From Candidatus Hadarchaeum sp. (GTDB taxonomy: Archaea > Hadarchaeota > Hadarchaeia > Hadarchaeales > Hadarchaeaceae), in assembly GCF_038871235.1 (NCBI RefSeq), contig NZ_JAVZIN010000006.1, positions 43,316-107,315 on the forward strand: a stretch of DNA of 64,000 nt, written 5' to 3'. A model generated the notes under the pieces. That model was not told the DNA's origin. It did not search any database and saw only the letters and a list, made by a program, of their open reading frames with translations. This document shows, one piece after another, positions 26,663-35,540 of this stretch. How positions within the stretch are numbered: position 1 is the stretch's first letter; each line of letters opens with the position of its first letter. The translations under genes and the position numbers were made by a program.

Positions 26663-27742
26663 TCAACTCAAATTTATCGCGTTGACTGGGCAAAGCGTGG
26701 CGCAGAGACCGCAGCCGAAGCAGGCAGTTTCATCCACCCTCGCCACGCCACCTTGCACTTTTATCGCCGCATAGGCACAAGCCCGTTGGCAGAGACCGCA
26801 ACCGTTGCACAGATCGTGATTAATGCTTGGAATTATTCGGGAAAATAACGGTTCTTCATTGAGAAGTTTCAATGATAAGCCTCGAATTTCCTCCAAACTA
26901 TTATAACCAAGCGCTTTGATTACCTCACTAATTTCTTCTACTATTTTTGAGAAAACCCCCAATCCTCTGAGGATTGCCGCGGTGTGAAGGTGAATGCAGG
27001 TGGCTCCCGCCATCAGGAATTCGATTGCGTCCTTACCGTTGCTGATGCCCCCACCCCCGACAACAGGTATTCTTACACTTTTGGCCATTTCAGCGACGCA
27101 TCTCAGCGCCAGCGGTTTTATGGCTGGTCCGGAGAGATAGCCGTACCCGAATTTTGAGCCCAGCAATGGTCTGCCCGTCCTCGCGTCGATGGCCAGCACC
27201 GGCCCCAGCGTGTTGATTCCGGAGATATAGTCTGCCCCAGCTCTTTCAATCCCCTTAGCGTATCGCGGGATGTCTGATATATTTGGGCCAATTTTGACTC
27301 CGAGGGGGATGACAACCGCTTCCTTGATTTTGCGGATGTTTTCCTGTAGCTGTTCAAGCGAGGGGTTGCTGATGGGCAATTCCAGCATGTCGGCGCCGGC
27401 CTCTTCCAGAAGCTTGGCCATTCTCACTTCCTCATCAATGTCACCAAGAATGCTGACTATTACCGGCTTCTTTCCCTCTTTGGCGATCTTCATCTGTCTG
27501 CAAATCTGTTCGGCGCTGAGGGCGGACCAATCGTGATTGATCATGGTACCTCCTTGGAGAGCAATCATGCAAGGTCGGGGGGTATCCTCCTCTCTTGGAT
27601 ACACAGTTTTAGCCACGATTGCTCCGATGCCATAATGTTCCGCGGCCCTCTTGATCGCAGGACCATCCTTGCTCAAAGGTCCCGGTGCCAGAACGGTTGG
27701 GAATTCCAGCCTTAGGTCCGCGAGTTTTACCGTAAGATCCAG
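26663..27742 (-). CDS. PreA/dihydroorotate dehydrogenase-like FMN enzyme with C-terminal 2x[4Fe-4S]
   Basis: Frame extends upstream of the ORF-track start to LDLTVKLADLRLEFPTVLAPGP; 'VAKT', 'GINT', 'LSGPAIKP', 'GGGGIS', two ferredoxin motifs; probable CTG start. Confidence 0.82.
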   Translation of the reverse strand: MDLTVKLADLRLEFPTVLAPGPLSKDGPAIKRAAEHYGIGAIVAKTVYPREEDTPRPCMIALQGGTMINHDWSALSAEQICRQMKIAKEGKKPVIVSILGDIDEEVRMAKLLEEAGADMLELPISNPSLEQLQENIRKIKEAVVIPLGVKIGPNISDIPRYAKGIERAGADYISGINTLGPVLAIDARTGRPLLGSKFGYGYLSGPAIKPLALRCVAEMAKSVRIPVVGGGGISNGKDAIEFLMAGATCIHLHTAAILRGLGVFSKIVEEISEVIKALGYNSLEEIRGLSLKLLNEEPLFSRIIPSINHDLCNGCGLCQRACAYAAIKVQGGVARVDETACFGCGLCATLCPVNAINLS

Positions 27743-27755
27743 CGTTTTTTCACCC

Positions 27756-29147
27756 TCAGCGCTCGGGCAGTGTCCAGACGGGATTTATCGGCGTTTCGAT
27801 GGCGCGCCTCTGATACTTCTCTGCTTGGCGCTGTGCTCTTTCGAGCAGTTTTTCCTCATCGACGGTTAGAATCTTTTTGTTGTCCACCACAATTTTACCA
27901 TCCACGATGACGGTATCAACATCAGAACCTCGGCAACTAAAAGCTAAAACTTCAAGCTTGTTCAGAGCCGGAGTCAGTTTTGCCTTACCAGAAAAATCAA
28001 CGATAATTATGTCGGCTTTCTTGTTAGGTTCCAAGGATCCGATTTCCTTCTCCCGGCCCAGAACCTTGGCGCCGCCCATAGTGGCCAGATGGAGGGCTTG
28101 TGTAGCTGGCAAGAGCCCGTCGTCGAGGTAGTAAAGACGGAGCATGGCCATCGAGAAGGTCATCAGCTCAAACATGTCATAGATGTTGACGCCGTCTATA
28201 CCGAGGCCGACTTTGCCGTTCCTTTTGATCAGCTCCACAGCCGGGGCCAGCCCATTGGCGTAAAAGGCATTACTTTTGATGTTGAAGGACAGGCCAACGT
28301 TGTTTCGCCGCCAGATCTCCAGTTCATTCTTAGAAATGTAGATTCCGTGGGCGGCATCAACGTCCGAACCCAGAAAGCCGATTGAGTCGAGAAACTCAAC
28401 TGAGCCACCAACTTGGTATTTCTTTTTTATCATCTCAACCTCATAGGTGCTCTGGGCGATGTGAATCTGGATACCACAGTTGTGCTTATCAGCTATCTCC
28501 CGCGCTTTTTTCAGCGTTTCCGGAGTGCAGGAGAAGCAGGTGTGTACCCCCATCATTCCTTGGACGCGGGCGTCTTTCTTGTAATTTCTTTTTTTGATGA
28601 AATTTTCATTTTCCTTGAGTCCCATTTTCCCTTTGGCGAGACTTACCCGGTCGGTGGTTTCAAAGGAAAGGAAGGCTCGAATTCCGGCTTCGTCGCAGGC
28701 CCTGCCCGCCGAGTCAAGCGCCCCAGGAAGAAGATTCTGTCCTTCTTGAAGATCCGCGGTGCAGGTAATTCCATTTTTCAGCATCTCCACCGAGGCGAGG
28801 AGGATTCCGGTGTAGACATCCTCCTTGGTGCATGTATCCTCAATTTTAGGCCACCACCAGCGCGTGAGAAGGCTGCCGAAATCAGAAGCTATCTCTGGTG
28901 GTAAAGGGATATTCATGTAACGGGTTAAAGAGTTATACATGTGGTTGTGAGGTGTTACGAAACCGGGCATTATTGCTTTACCCTTGGCGTCAATAATTTC
29001 TTCAGCATGATATTTTTTCTTGATCTCCGAAGTCGTACCCACGGCCAAGATTCGGTTTCCCTCAACGACCAAAGCGCCGTCTTCTATAACCCTGTTCATC
29101 TGATCCATGGTGACCAAAAATCCATGCTCTATGATGAAATCTGCCAT
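27756..29147 (-). CDS. SsnA-like amidohydrolase
   Basis: 'PGFVTPHNHMY..L.R', 'DF..LL..WWW', 'GVHTCFS', IHIAQ, 'LGIDG'; start moved to ATG 29147. Confidence 0.82.
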   Translation of the reverse strand: MADFIIEHGFLVTMDQMNRVIEDGALVVEGNRILAVGTTSEIKKKYHAEEIIDAKGKAIMPGFVTPHNHMYNSLTRYMNIPLPPEIASDFGSLLTRWWWPKIEDTCTKEDVYTGILLASVEMLKNGITCTADLQEGQNLLPGALDSAGRACDEAGIRAFLSFETTDRVSLAKGKMGLKENENFIKKRNYKKDARVQGMMGVHTCFSCTPETLKKAREIADKHNCGIQIHIAQSTYEVEMIKKKYQVGGSVEFLDSIGFLGSDVDAAHGIYISKNELEIWRRNNVGLSFNIKSNAFYANGLAPAVELIKRNGKVGLGIDGVNIYDMFELMTFSMAMLRLYYLDDGLLPATQALHLATMGGAKVLGREKEIGSLEPNKKADIIIVDFSGKAKLTPALNKLEVLAFSCRGSDVDTVIVDGKIVVDNKKILTVDEEKLLERAQRQAEKYQRRAIETPINPVWTLPER

Positions 29148-29254
29148 AGTTCCTGTTGAATATAAGCAAAATTCAATAAAAACTTTTTGAAAATCAGCAT
29201 CTATGAATAATTGGTCAGAACCTGTGTTGTATCGAAAGATAGTGTTCAAACAAA

Positions 29255-29296
29255 AAAGTAAAAAAATCCTCTAGAGGTTAGAATTTTCTCTAGAGG
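29255..29296 (-). terminator. Hairpin plus T-tract terminator after the BMP gene
   Basis: Minus strand CCTCTAGAG-N11-CTCTAGAGG followed by T runs. Confidence 0.55.
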
Positions 29297-30327
29297 GTGA
29301 TGCTCTGGACTAGTTCTTTTACATTTATTTTGCCGGATATGATGTCCTGTTTTGCCTGTTCCATTTCATCCAGAACGGTTTGTGGTATTTTGTCCTTGAG
29401 GGCATAGAACGGAGTCAACGTGACACCACCTGTCTTTAGATCAGCCGGGTAAATCGACTTGAATTGACCTGCTTTGATATCGAGCATTATTGTCTTGTAG
29501 TGTGAGTATGAGTCCCATATTGCGCTGGTCACGATAATGTTGGGGTTGATTGAGTGGGTGTCTCCTTCACAGCCAAAGACATAAGCCTTACCAGTTTCTT
29601 GCGCGGCCATGATGGCTCCCAGCACCGGACCGTCGGTCATGGGGGCGAGAAAGTCCGCACCTGATTCGATCTGCGCCATTGCTGCTTCCTTACCCAGAGT
29701 TGCGTCCATGAAGCTACCGGTGACTGCATAGAGGACGGTAGCGTGCGGGTTCACGCTTAGGACCCCTGCCTTAAACCCTTTAGACCATTCGACGATTCCC
29801 GGAACTTCAAGTGGACAAAGGGTGCCGACAATATTGGTCTTGGTCATTCTGCCTGCTAGAATTCCAAGCAGGTAGTAGGCCTCTTCCAAGTATGACCAGA
29901 CAACCGAAGCATTTGACGGGAAATCCGGAGCCAGCAAAGCCGTGGTGACAAAGTACGAATTGGGGTATTTTTGGGCAGCTTCTCTAGTGGTGTCAACAAA
30001 CTGAGCGCCATGTTGGATTATCAGATCATAGCCTTCCGCAGCATATCCGCTTGCAATTCTCACGGCGTCTGGTACCGCAACCTGTTCCGTGTAGGAGAAT
30101 TTGTCAGCTACTCCCTCGGCCACCAGCCTCGAAACGGCCTGGTAAGCAGGACCGTTCCAGGTAAGATCGGTTATCACGTCCGGCAGCAGTAGGGCTATTT
30201 TCCACTGCTTGGTCGGTTGCGAAGTTGTGGTAGTAGTGCCTCCGGGCTGGGTTGCAACGTAAGCGGCTGCCACTGCGATAATTGCTATCACTAAAATAAC
30301 TCCGGCAATCATTCCAGTTTTTGGCAT
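29290..30327 (-). CDS. BMP/PnrA-family ABC substrate-binding protein (nucleoside/nucleobase type)
   Basis: N-terminal anchor and Thr-rich linker, 'D.TWN', 'GYDLII.HG', 'YLLGILAGRMTKT', 'GFKAG', 'GAD'. Confidence 0.88.
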   Translation of the reverse strand: MPKTGMIAGVILVIAIIAVAAAYVATQPGGTTTTTSQPTKQWKIALLLPDVITDLTWNGPAYQAVSRLVAEGVADKFSYTEQVAVPDAVRIASGYAAEGYDLIIQHGAQFVDTTREAAQKYPNSYFVTTALLAPDFPSNASVVWSYLEEAYYLLGILAGRMTKTNIVGTLCPLEVPGIVEWSKGFKAGVLSVNPHATVLYAVTGSFMDATLGKEAAMAQIESGADFLAPMTDGPVLGAIMAAQETGKAYVFGCEGDTHSINPNIIVTSAIWDSYSHYKTIMLDIKAGQFKSIYPADLKTGGVTLTPFYALKDKIPQTVLDEMEQAKQDIISGKINVKELVQSITL

Positions 30328-30500
30328 TCTTAACCTCCACCTGGAAACTTAAAGTTAAGTCAATATAAATGTTTGGCTAATTTTTAATTTCAGCAACATG
30401 GGTTAGTTAAGTTGGTCTATTTGCAAGTAGCTTTTGAGCTGGGATTAGACTAGAAAGTAATCGTTTATTAGCATGTGGAAGAGTAGATAGGGGGTGAATC

Positions 30501-30899
30501 GTGTTCAAAAATATGGTTCTCTGCATAACCGAAGCGACACCGGAGGAAGTGGTCCAGGTTGCCATAAAGCTCTCTTCAAAGGAAACTAAAGTTTACGCGT
30601 TACATGTGGTGCGGCTCCTGACTGAGTTCTCCAAAAAGGAGGCCCTTGAAAGATTTTCTTGGGTCATCGATGCCTTTGAGAAGAAGGGATTGAAGAGCCA
30701 GCTGGAAATTATTGAGTCCACGGACGTTGGCCGGGCCATCGTTTCCTTTGCCAAGAAAAACTCATGTGACGTGATCGTTACCGGTACCATTCCAAAGAGA
30801 GGGCTGCTCGGCGCTTTTTCCGAGAGCATTTCGGATTATATAGTAAAGTATGCTCCCTGCACTGTGATATTAGTGAGAAAAGCAAGCCTCCCGGTATAG
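30501..30899 (+). CDS. Universal stress protein
   Basis: 'LHVV', 'IVSFA..DVIVTG', 'ESISDYIVKYAPCTVILVR'. Confidence 0.85.
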   Translation: MFKNMVLCITEATPEEVVQVAIKLSSKETKVYALHVVRLLTEFSKKEALERFSWVIDAFEKKGLKSQLEIIESTDVGRAIVSFAKKNSCDVIVTGTIPKRGLLGAFSESISDYIVKYAPCTVILVRKASLPV

Positions 30900-30934
30900 T
30901 TATAACTTGATGATGACCAACAGCAGGTAATCTT

Positions 30935-32305
30935 ATGAACTTGCTTTCGATAGCGCCCATCTTAGTCTTTGCTGCAACAATTTTTCTTGTCTTCAAACAT
31001 CCCATTGTCAGAATTCCCTTTACTCGGAGGCATATCCACATAGATTATGGTTTGGCCCCGCTGCTGGGTGTGCTTGTTTTATTGGTGGTTGGTTCCATCA
31101 ATCTCGATACCATTTCTCGAGGAATATTTGGCTCGGATATGGTGACTCCGTATGCGATAATAATACTGATCATCACGCTGTCCTACATCTGCGTTTCCTT
31201 GGACTATACCGGGCTTTTTGAATACGTTTCGCTTCACTTCGCTCGCGCTTCAAAGGGATACGGAAGGAGGCTCTTCATCTATTTTTTCCTCCTCAGCAGT
31301 TTGCTCACCTTGGTAACCGACAATGATATAGTGATACTGACAATGACGCCGATAATATTTTACTACAGCCAGCGCGCAAGAGTGAATCCGGTTCCCTATC
31401 TCATCGCTCAGTTCTTTGCCGCGAACATCCTGAGCATGACTTTATACATCGGCAACCCGGCCAACATCATAGCAGCCGATTCCGTAGGGGTGACCTTCTT
31501 GGAGTTTTCAAAATGGATGCTGATTCCTTCGGTTGTGGCGATGATTACCTGCTTGGCTTTCCTGGTCTTGGTTTTCTGGAAGAATCTACCGGTGAAGACG
31601 GAGATGCCCGATGTAGACCCAAAGTTGGCCATAAAGAACAAGTGGGGAGCAATTTTTGGCACGGTTCTGTTTATCACCACCATTGTTTTGATGAGCATCC
31701 CTACCAGTATTCTTAGGATGCCGCTGTGGGTATTAACTTCTATCTCAGCAGGAATAATGGTTCTCTTTGACATTTTGTACTATCATTTCGTTGGACCTAA
31801 TATGGCTGGGCATCGATCCAGCATTTCCATCATAGGTTCAAGGATGCCTTGGAAGACGATACCATTTGTCCTAGGCCTGTTCATAATTGTTGAGGATCTG
31901 GTTTCAAAAGGGTGGACAGATTTCCTCGCCTCACAGTTTACTCCGTTCACCGGAAACCTGTTTGCTTCAGTAGTGGGGTTCATGTTTTTGACATCCTTTG
32001 CCGCGAGCTTCATGAACAATCATCCGATGACCATATTTTTTGTAAGGATATTCCAGAGTTCTTCATTCAACGGTTCAGCCGTGGCGCGGATGGGGTCAAC
32101 CTTAGCATTGATAGCCGGGGCCAATTTTGGTGCCAATTTGACGTTGGTGGGGGCGCTCGCAGGAATCATGTGGGTCAGCATTTTATCTGAAAAGGGCATC
32201 CAGATTTCATTTTCACAGTTCTCCAAATACGGTGTTTTGGTGATGCCATTTGTCATCTTTTCAGCAGGATTGGCCCTGGCTCTTGAACTAATGTTGTGGA
32301 CTTGA
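30935..32305 (+). CDS. ArsB/NhaD-family ion transporter
   Basis: Multi-TM; 'TDNDIVILTMTP', 'IGNPAN', 'MNNHP', 'NFGANLTLVGALAGIMW'. Confidence 0.85.
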   Translation: MNLLSIAPILVFAATIFLVFKHPIVRIPFTRRHIHIDYGLAPLLGVLVLLVVGSINLDTISRGIFGSDMVTPYAIIILIITLSYICVSLDYTGLFEYVSLHFARASKGYGRRLFIYFFLLSSLLTLVTDNDIVILTMTPIIFYYSQRARVNPVPYLIAQFFAANILSMTLYIGNPANIIAADSVGVTFLEFSKWMLIPSVVAMITCLAFLVLVFWKNLPVKTEMPDVDPKLAIKNKWGAIFGTVLFITTIVLMSIPTSILRMPLWVLTSISAGIMVLFDILYYHFVGPNMAGHRSSISIIGSRMPWKTIPFVLGLFIIVEDLVSKGWTDFLASQFTPFTGNLFASVVGFMFLTSFAASFMNNHPMTIFFVRIFQSSSFNGSAVARMGSTLALIAGANFGANLTLVGALAGIMWVSILSEKGIQISFSQFSKYGVLVMPFVIFSAGLALALELMLWT

Positions 32306-32435
32306 TTATCATCGGTGTGCTAGCGGTAGCAGGGCATCACGAAGCAGGGTAATATTTTATATACTATTTCGCAATTTGGCAGTTGAAAATTTGCCTTGTT
32401 TTAAACACGTGTTGTTCAAATTTTTGGCGGGTGTG

Positions 32436-32816
32436 ATGTCCTCTGGTTTGGCAGCGTCCGATGTTGTAAGGGCAATGATGCGAGCCGGTTATCAGCGAGG
32501 GGAAATATACGATTTGTTGGTTGAAACTGGTTTAAAAGGGGAACAGGCCCAGCTCTTGATAGAAAGGGTAGCGGTTGAGCTTCATCAAACAAACATAGAA
32601 TCTAGGCCATCACGCATCGCAGCGGAGGTAAGCAAGTTGTTTTTGGATTCATTTAATAACTTTGTCCAAGAAACACGATCTCGGGATGACTTATTTTCAC
32701 TAAAGCAGGACATAATAAAAAATGAGTTAGAGAAACTGGAGCAAGCCTTAACCCAGCTAGCGCAACGAGCGCGGAAGAAAAATCGAAAGAGAACGAAAAA
32801 ACCAGCGAAAAGATAA
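32436..32816 (+). CDS. Hypothetical coiled-coil protein
   Basis: ATG behind GGGTGTG; helical protein with basic C-terminus; no recognised motif. Confidence 0.55.
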   Translation: MSSGLAASDVVRAMMRAGYQRGEIYDLLVETGLKGEQAQLLIERVAVELHQTNIESRPSRIAAEVSKLFLDSFNNFVQETRSRDDLFSLKQDIIKNELEKLEQALTQLAQRARKKNRKRTKKPAKR

Positions 32817-32828
32817 CAGGAGCCATGT

Positions 32829-34007
32829 TTATAGGACAATTATCAGAAAAGGTTCGGGACTGACGATGGTGATGACGGTGGTAAACTTCTTTTCTGAGAA
32901 TACCCAGCGATAAGCGAGTGGAAGGTGGGCACAAAAACTACCGTAAATAACGGGGATGGTTGGGTAATCAAAGTCGAATATTTCCTCGATCGGTTCTTCC
33001 TCGGTTTCAAGGGTAATTTCCCATTGGCCCCACCAGACAGTGGCTCCAGAGGTTCCCAGAGGAATTGGCGTGGCGGTGGGCAAGCCCATCAATCCTGCAG
33101 GGTCTTGGCGTTGAAAGATAATGTCCTTGGACCTGAGGTCGCGGTAAACCGATATTCCTGGAATTTCTTTCAACGGAGCAGGTGGTAAGAGTTCGTAGAT
33201 ATTTTCACGGCAAAGGATTCCAAAATTATCACCACGCCCCGCCGACGAATCGATGCCAGTCAGGATTTCAGTGAACACCGTTGCCCAGTAGTCGGTTGAT
33301 CCAAAGGTTTCGAGTTCTTGAATGGCCCAAGCGGCTTCAAACGCCGTTTTGGTTTTGGAGCGGTCAAGTACTACTTTTTTAGATAAGATTAAATCAGTCA
33401 AAACTTTGGAGTACTCCAGCGTTGTCCAGAGTCCAATGAGGTTTCCTTTTTTCTTGACAAATTCATCCATCTTTCGTGCCAAAAGAAAATATCTTGAGTC
33501 CACCAGAAGATCAACATTATCAAATGGAATTGAAATCTTGGCGTTGCTGTCCCACGTAGTAATTTTTATCCTCGCCTCTTTGGGCAGAGAGACCGTGGCG
33601 TGCACGAAGCCACCAGCGGCCTCTGAAATTTTTACCAGAGACCGCTCCGCTTCTTCAGGGACAATGAGTTCAATTCTGGCGTCATGTTCACTGAATTTAA
33701 TCTCCGATATTAGTGTGTGAAAATATTTTGTCGCCCGGATTTCGATTTCCTGCAGCCTGTTTTCGGGGTAATCACTGGCTACCTTGCTTACCTCCCATAG
33801 GGCTTGATAAACCGCACGTTTGGCAATCAATTGCAGATTGCCGTGAATCTCCGCGGCAGTCGTAACAAGGAAGGACAGCGAGGAGTCATAGGCGATGCCC
33901 AGCGATTCTTGATGCCGGAAAAACTCTGCCTGAGCAACTACAGCGATGATGACAATCACTATGATTGCCCCAGCAGCGCTGAAGGGGACGAAGCCCTTTT
34001 CTTTCAT
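32829..34007 (-). CDS. Class III signal-peptide-like surface protein (large minor pilin/adhesin-like)
   Basis: N-terminus MKEKG|FVPFS followed by a hydrophobic stretch; last gene of an overlapping operon. Confidence 0.65.
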   Translation of the reverse strand: MKEKGFVPFSAAGAIIVIVIIAVVAQAEFFRHQESLGIAYDSSLSFLVTTAAEIHGNLQLIAKRAVYQALWEVSKVASDYPENRLQEIEIRATKYFHTLISEIKFSEHDARIELIVPEEAERSLVKISEAAGGFVHATVSLPKEARIKITTWDSNAKISIPFDNVDLLVDSRYFLLARKMDEFVKKKGNLIGLWTTLEYSKVLTDLILSKKVVLDRSKTKTAFEAAWAIQELETFGSTDYWATVFTEILTGIDSSAGRGDNFGILCRENIYELLPPAPLKEIPGISVYRDLRSKDIIFQRQDPAGLMGLPTATPIPLGTSGATVWWGQWEITLETEEEPIEEIFDFDYPTIPVIYGSFCAHLPLAYRWVFSEKKFTTVITIVSPEPFLIIVL

Positions 34008-34678
34008 CAGGACCAAAGCTCCAGTTTAACTTCGATGGTGGTGTCCGTTTCCAGCGGCAATGATAAGGTGAACCCAACCCTATTCCTGAGTAGATTCATC
34101 AGCTCAGCCCCTGAAACGGGCAGTGAAAGCAGCACGGTTTCGGAGCATAGTCTGACCCCAGATGGGGAGAGGTTCTCGATAGTGAGGTTAAAATCAAGCC
34201 CGAAAAGATAAGCTTCTGCTGGCTTGGCTGCTGCCGAAAATCGATATCCAAATCTCTTGCCCACGATGTTGTCGAGCGTAGATTTAAGAAAAGCGGTCAG
34301 CAGCTGGTGCATACCTTCGTTGGACCAAATGGTGACAGTAGTTTTATCACCGATTCTCAGTTGCATGTTTAGCATGACATCTTCGATTAGCAATTGGCCG
34401 ATGCTTTTGTGGCGAAATTTTTTCAGGATTAAATGTTGGATCATCGGTAGCTCCGGTTCCGGGTGCTGGAAACCGGCACGGTAGCTGAATCCTCCGAATT
34501 GATCAGCGGTACAATTCAGCAGGGCGAGAAGAGTATTTCGGGCAAAGCTGGCAGCATATCTTTCTGTAATTATTCCAGCATCCGCTTGGTTGAAGTTTAA
34601 TAGGATCACAAAGGACAATGAGACCAAAATCGCGAATATTAACAAGTCGGCGGTATATCCCAGTCCCTGCTCTTTCAG
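34007..34678 (-). CDS. Pilin-like protein
   Basis: (M)KEQG|LGYTADLLIFAILVS; probable CTG start behind GGAGG (ORF-track start 34747 overlaps the upstream gene). Confidence 0.6.
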   Translation of the reverse strand: MKEQGLGYTADLLIFAILVSLSFVILLNFNQADAGIITERYAASFARNTLLALLNCTADQFGGFSYRAGFQHPEPELPMIQHLILKKFRHKSIGQLLIEDVMLNMQLRIGDKTTVTIWSNEGMHQLLTAFLKSTLDNIVGKRFGYRFSAAAKPAEAYLFGLDFNLTIENLSPSGVRLCSETVLLSLPVSGAELMNLLRNRVGFTLSLPLETDTTIEVKLELWS

Positions 34679-34679
34679 G

Positions 34680-35114
34680 TTATTCCCTCCTGAAGTGAAC
34701 AACCATTTCGCAGAGCTGCACTGATTCATTATCGCAGTAAAGGGCAACTGGAATACTTACATTTAGTTTGAAATTTCCGTTCAGTCCTTGGGATTGATGC
34801 TTTTTGGGATAGAGCAATTCACCAGTAAGTGAGCGGATCTCGACCTGTATCTCTACACCTCTTGAAGATAAAATTTTTGAAAAGTTTTCTAGGCGTTCTG
34901 GTAAAACTGCGATTAGGCCGGGGCTGTTTTCAGGTGCAGCCAGAACGCTGCTGATGAGCGTTTCCGCCGTGTTCAGCGCCAGTTCGAAGTCTTCAATTTC
35001 TTGCCTTTTTTCCGAATAGTTTTGATATGAATTGATCATCGCTGTCGTCAGCATTAGCAGCAACATGGTGGTGAAAAGGGTGGAGATTAAATCCTCATCC
35101 ACCTGAAGGGTCAT
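34680..35114 (-). CDS. Pilin-like protein
   Basis: N-terminal Q..EDL followed by a hydrophobic helix; overlaps the upstream gene in the operon. Confidence 0.55.
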   Translation of the reverse strand: MTLQVDEDLISTLFTTMLLLMLTTAMINSYQNYSEKRQEIEDFELALNTAETLISSVLAAPENSPGLIAVLPERLENFSKILSSRGVEIQVEIRSLTGELLYPKKHQSQGLNGNFKLNVSIPVALYCDNESVQLCEMVVHFRRE

Positions 35115-35539
35115 CCAACCAACTCTAGCTCCACCACATCAGATTTTCGGATGATAATCCCCTGAGGGCTTCGCATCGAGAGATGAAAGTTCCCATTGTT
35201 GACGGTTGAGCTTAGGACAAGTGAGCGCTCAATTTTATCCACTGAGATGAGTTGAACGGAGATCATTTGGAGACCGTCGATTAGCTCTCCAGTAATTGAA
35301 ACTTCAACTTCTTTCGCAACTTGGGGAAGTTCTCGGTAACACTCCGTCTCGCCGGGAAAATCAGCTATTTTTTCTATAGTGTTAGTCAAGGTTTTTGCGA
35401 TCAACTCCAGATCTTCCCTGTCAGTCAATCGACCGGCAGCCGAGCCTATCGCGAGGGCAAAACCGATGAAAGCGATGGCGGCAAAACCGATGCCCACCTT
35501 ACCTAGAAGAAAGACGACCGATGATCCATTCCTTTCCAT
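35111..35539 (-). CDS. Pilin-like protein
   Basis: MERNG|S followed by a hydrophobic stretch. Confidence 0.6.
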   Translation of the reverse strand: MERNGSSVVFLLGKVGIGFAAIAFIGFALAIGSAAGRLTDREDLELIAKTLTNTIEKIADFPGETECYRELPQVAKEVEVSITGELIDGLQMISVQLISVDKIERSLVLSSTVNNGNFHLSMRSPQGIIIRKSDVVELELVG

Positions 35540-35540
35540 T

